Assembly (NCBI RefSeq): GCF_020745735.1
Contig: NC_083408.1
Location: forward strand, 30,286,484-30,350,483
Reading direction: 5' to 3'
Source of the DNA: Hemiscyllium ocellatum
Lineage: Eukaryota
DNA length: 64,000 nt
Under the pieces are notes generated by a model. The model worked only from the letters and a program-made list of their open reading frames with translations. It ran no database searches and was not told the origin of the DNA. Positions 62,870 to 64,000 of the stretch are shown piece after piece; position 1 is the first letter of the stretch, and each line of letters opens with the position of its first letter. Both the position numbers and the translations under genes were made by a program.

Positions 62870-63812
62870 TGAATCTTTAAATGGCAAATATTTAAAAAGC
62901 ACCTGTATGAACTCCAACAATTGTTCATTCCTGTCCAGCACAAAATTACAGCTGGGAAGATGGCCTGATCGTGGCTAACAATGGAAATTAGGGGTAGTAT
63001 TCGATCCAAGGAAGGAGTATACAAGTTGGTCATAGGAGAAGCAGACCTGAGGATTGGCAGCAGTTTAGAATTCAGTAAAGGAGGACAAAGAGATAGGTTA
63101 ACAAGGGAGAAACAGAGTACTGGAGTAAGGTTGCGGGTAACATACCTATAGAAGCATTTACAGTTTGTATGTGAAAAGAAAAAGATTAGTAAAGACAAAT
63201 GTAGGTCCATTATAGTCAGGAACAGGAGAACTTAAAGGGAAACAAAGAGATGGCAGACTAACTAAATTAATACTTAGGTTCCATCTTCACAAATGAGGAT
63301 ACAAATCATATCTCAGAACTTTGGAACACAAGGTCTAGCGAGAGGGCGGAACTGAAGAAGATTAGTATAAGAAGGTAAATGACGTTGGGGAATTAATGGC
63401 AAAAAAAGCCAATAAATCCCTATGACCCAAGAATCTATATCAGAGATGACTTTAAAGAAGTGGCCAGAGAAATAGTTGATGCGTTGGTGATTATCTTTCA
63501 AGATTCTGTAGACTCTGGAAACGTTCCCATGAATTGCAGAGCAACTAACGTAACCCCATTAGTTGAGAAAAGAGAGAGTGAGAAAATTGATTTTTTGACT
63601 AGTTAGCCTGGCATTGATTGTGGGGAAATGCTAGGATCCAGTATAAAATATTTAATAGCAGAGCACTTAGAAAGCAGTGACAGGATTGGACAGCATCAGC
63701 ATGTATTTACAAAAGGGAAATCATACTGGCAAACCCACTGAAATACTTTCAAGAGTATAACGCTGAGCCAATGAATGTGATTTGTTTTGACTTGCAGAAG
63801 GCTTTTGATAAG
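62870..63812 (+). mobile_element. CR1 ORF2 middle fragment, decayed
   Basis: YLGSIFTNED, LVIIFQDSVDSG..P, QHVFTKGKS, DLQKAFDK remnants. Confidence 0.75.
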
Positions 63813-64000
63813 ATTGAGAAGGTGATGTTCTACAGACCTGGGTTTGAATTCCGCTTCAGCAGATGTGAAATTAAAATTCAATAAAGATCTGAAGTTGAAA
63901 TGAATGATGACCACGAAATCATTGTTGATTATCTGGTATTCTAATATGCTTTAGAGAATGAACTGCCATTGTTAGCTGATATAGACTACGTATGATTCCA

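Noticed and set aside
57716-64000. RAD51 exons 1-4
   Set aside because: No sequence encoding AAKLVPMGFTTATEFHQRR or upstream peptides was found; they must lie beyond the window.

Overview
Eukaryotic (vertebrate) genomic DNA, AT-rich and dominated by repeats. The repeat repertoire (HE1-type tRNA-derived SINEs, many CR1 LINEs, Deu-domain SINE, Penelope-like elements) points to a shark, probably a carpet shark (inference). The only recognisable host gene is RAD51 on the minus strand. Six coding exons (human-equivalent exons 5-10, aa ~115-339) lie between 36779 and 57715, all with GT-AG borders and human-identical lengths, followed by a probable 3' UTR to ~35930; exons 1-4 lie beyond the window. 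The rest is intergenic or intronic and filled with CR1, L1, RTE and L2/CR1-group LINE fragments, SINEs, a hAT MITE, a Tigger-like MITE, an internally deleted piggyBac nested in a Penelope element, and a decayed Ty1/copia gag-protease. The most striking hidden structure is a dozen or so short Penelope-derived elements from several families. Most retain a recognisable minimal hammerhead-ribozyme motif (CTGAnGA-stem II-GAAA-palindromic stem III). Several are near-perfect ~170-bp foldbacks whose axis sits on the ribozyme core, some have 14-17 bp target-site duplications, one locus has tandem hammerheads 207 nt apart (retrozyme-like), and two foldbacks bracket RAD51 exon 5. Nearly all ORFs in the supplied track are TE fragments or noise.
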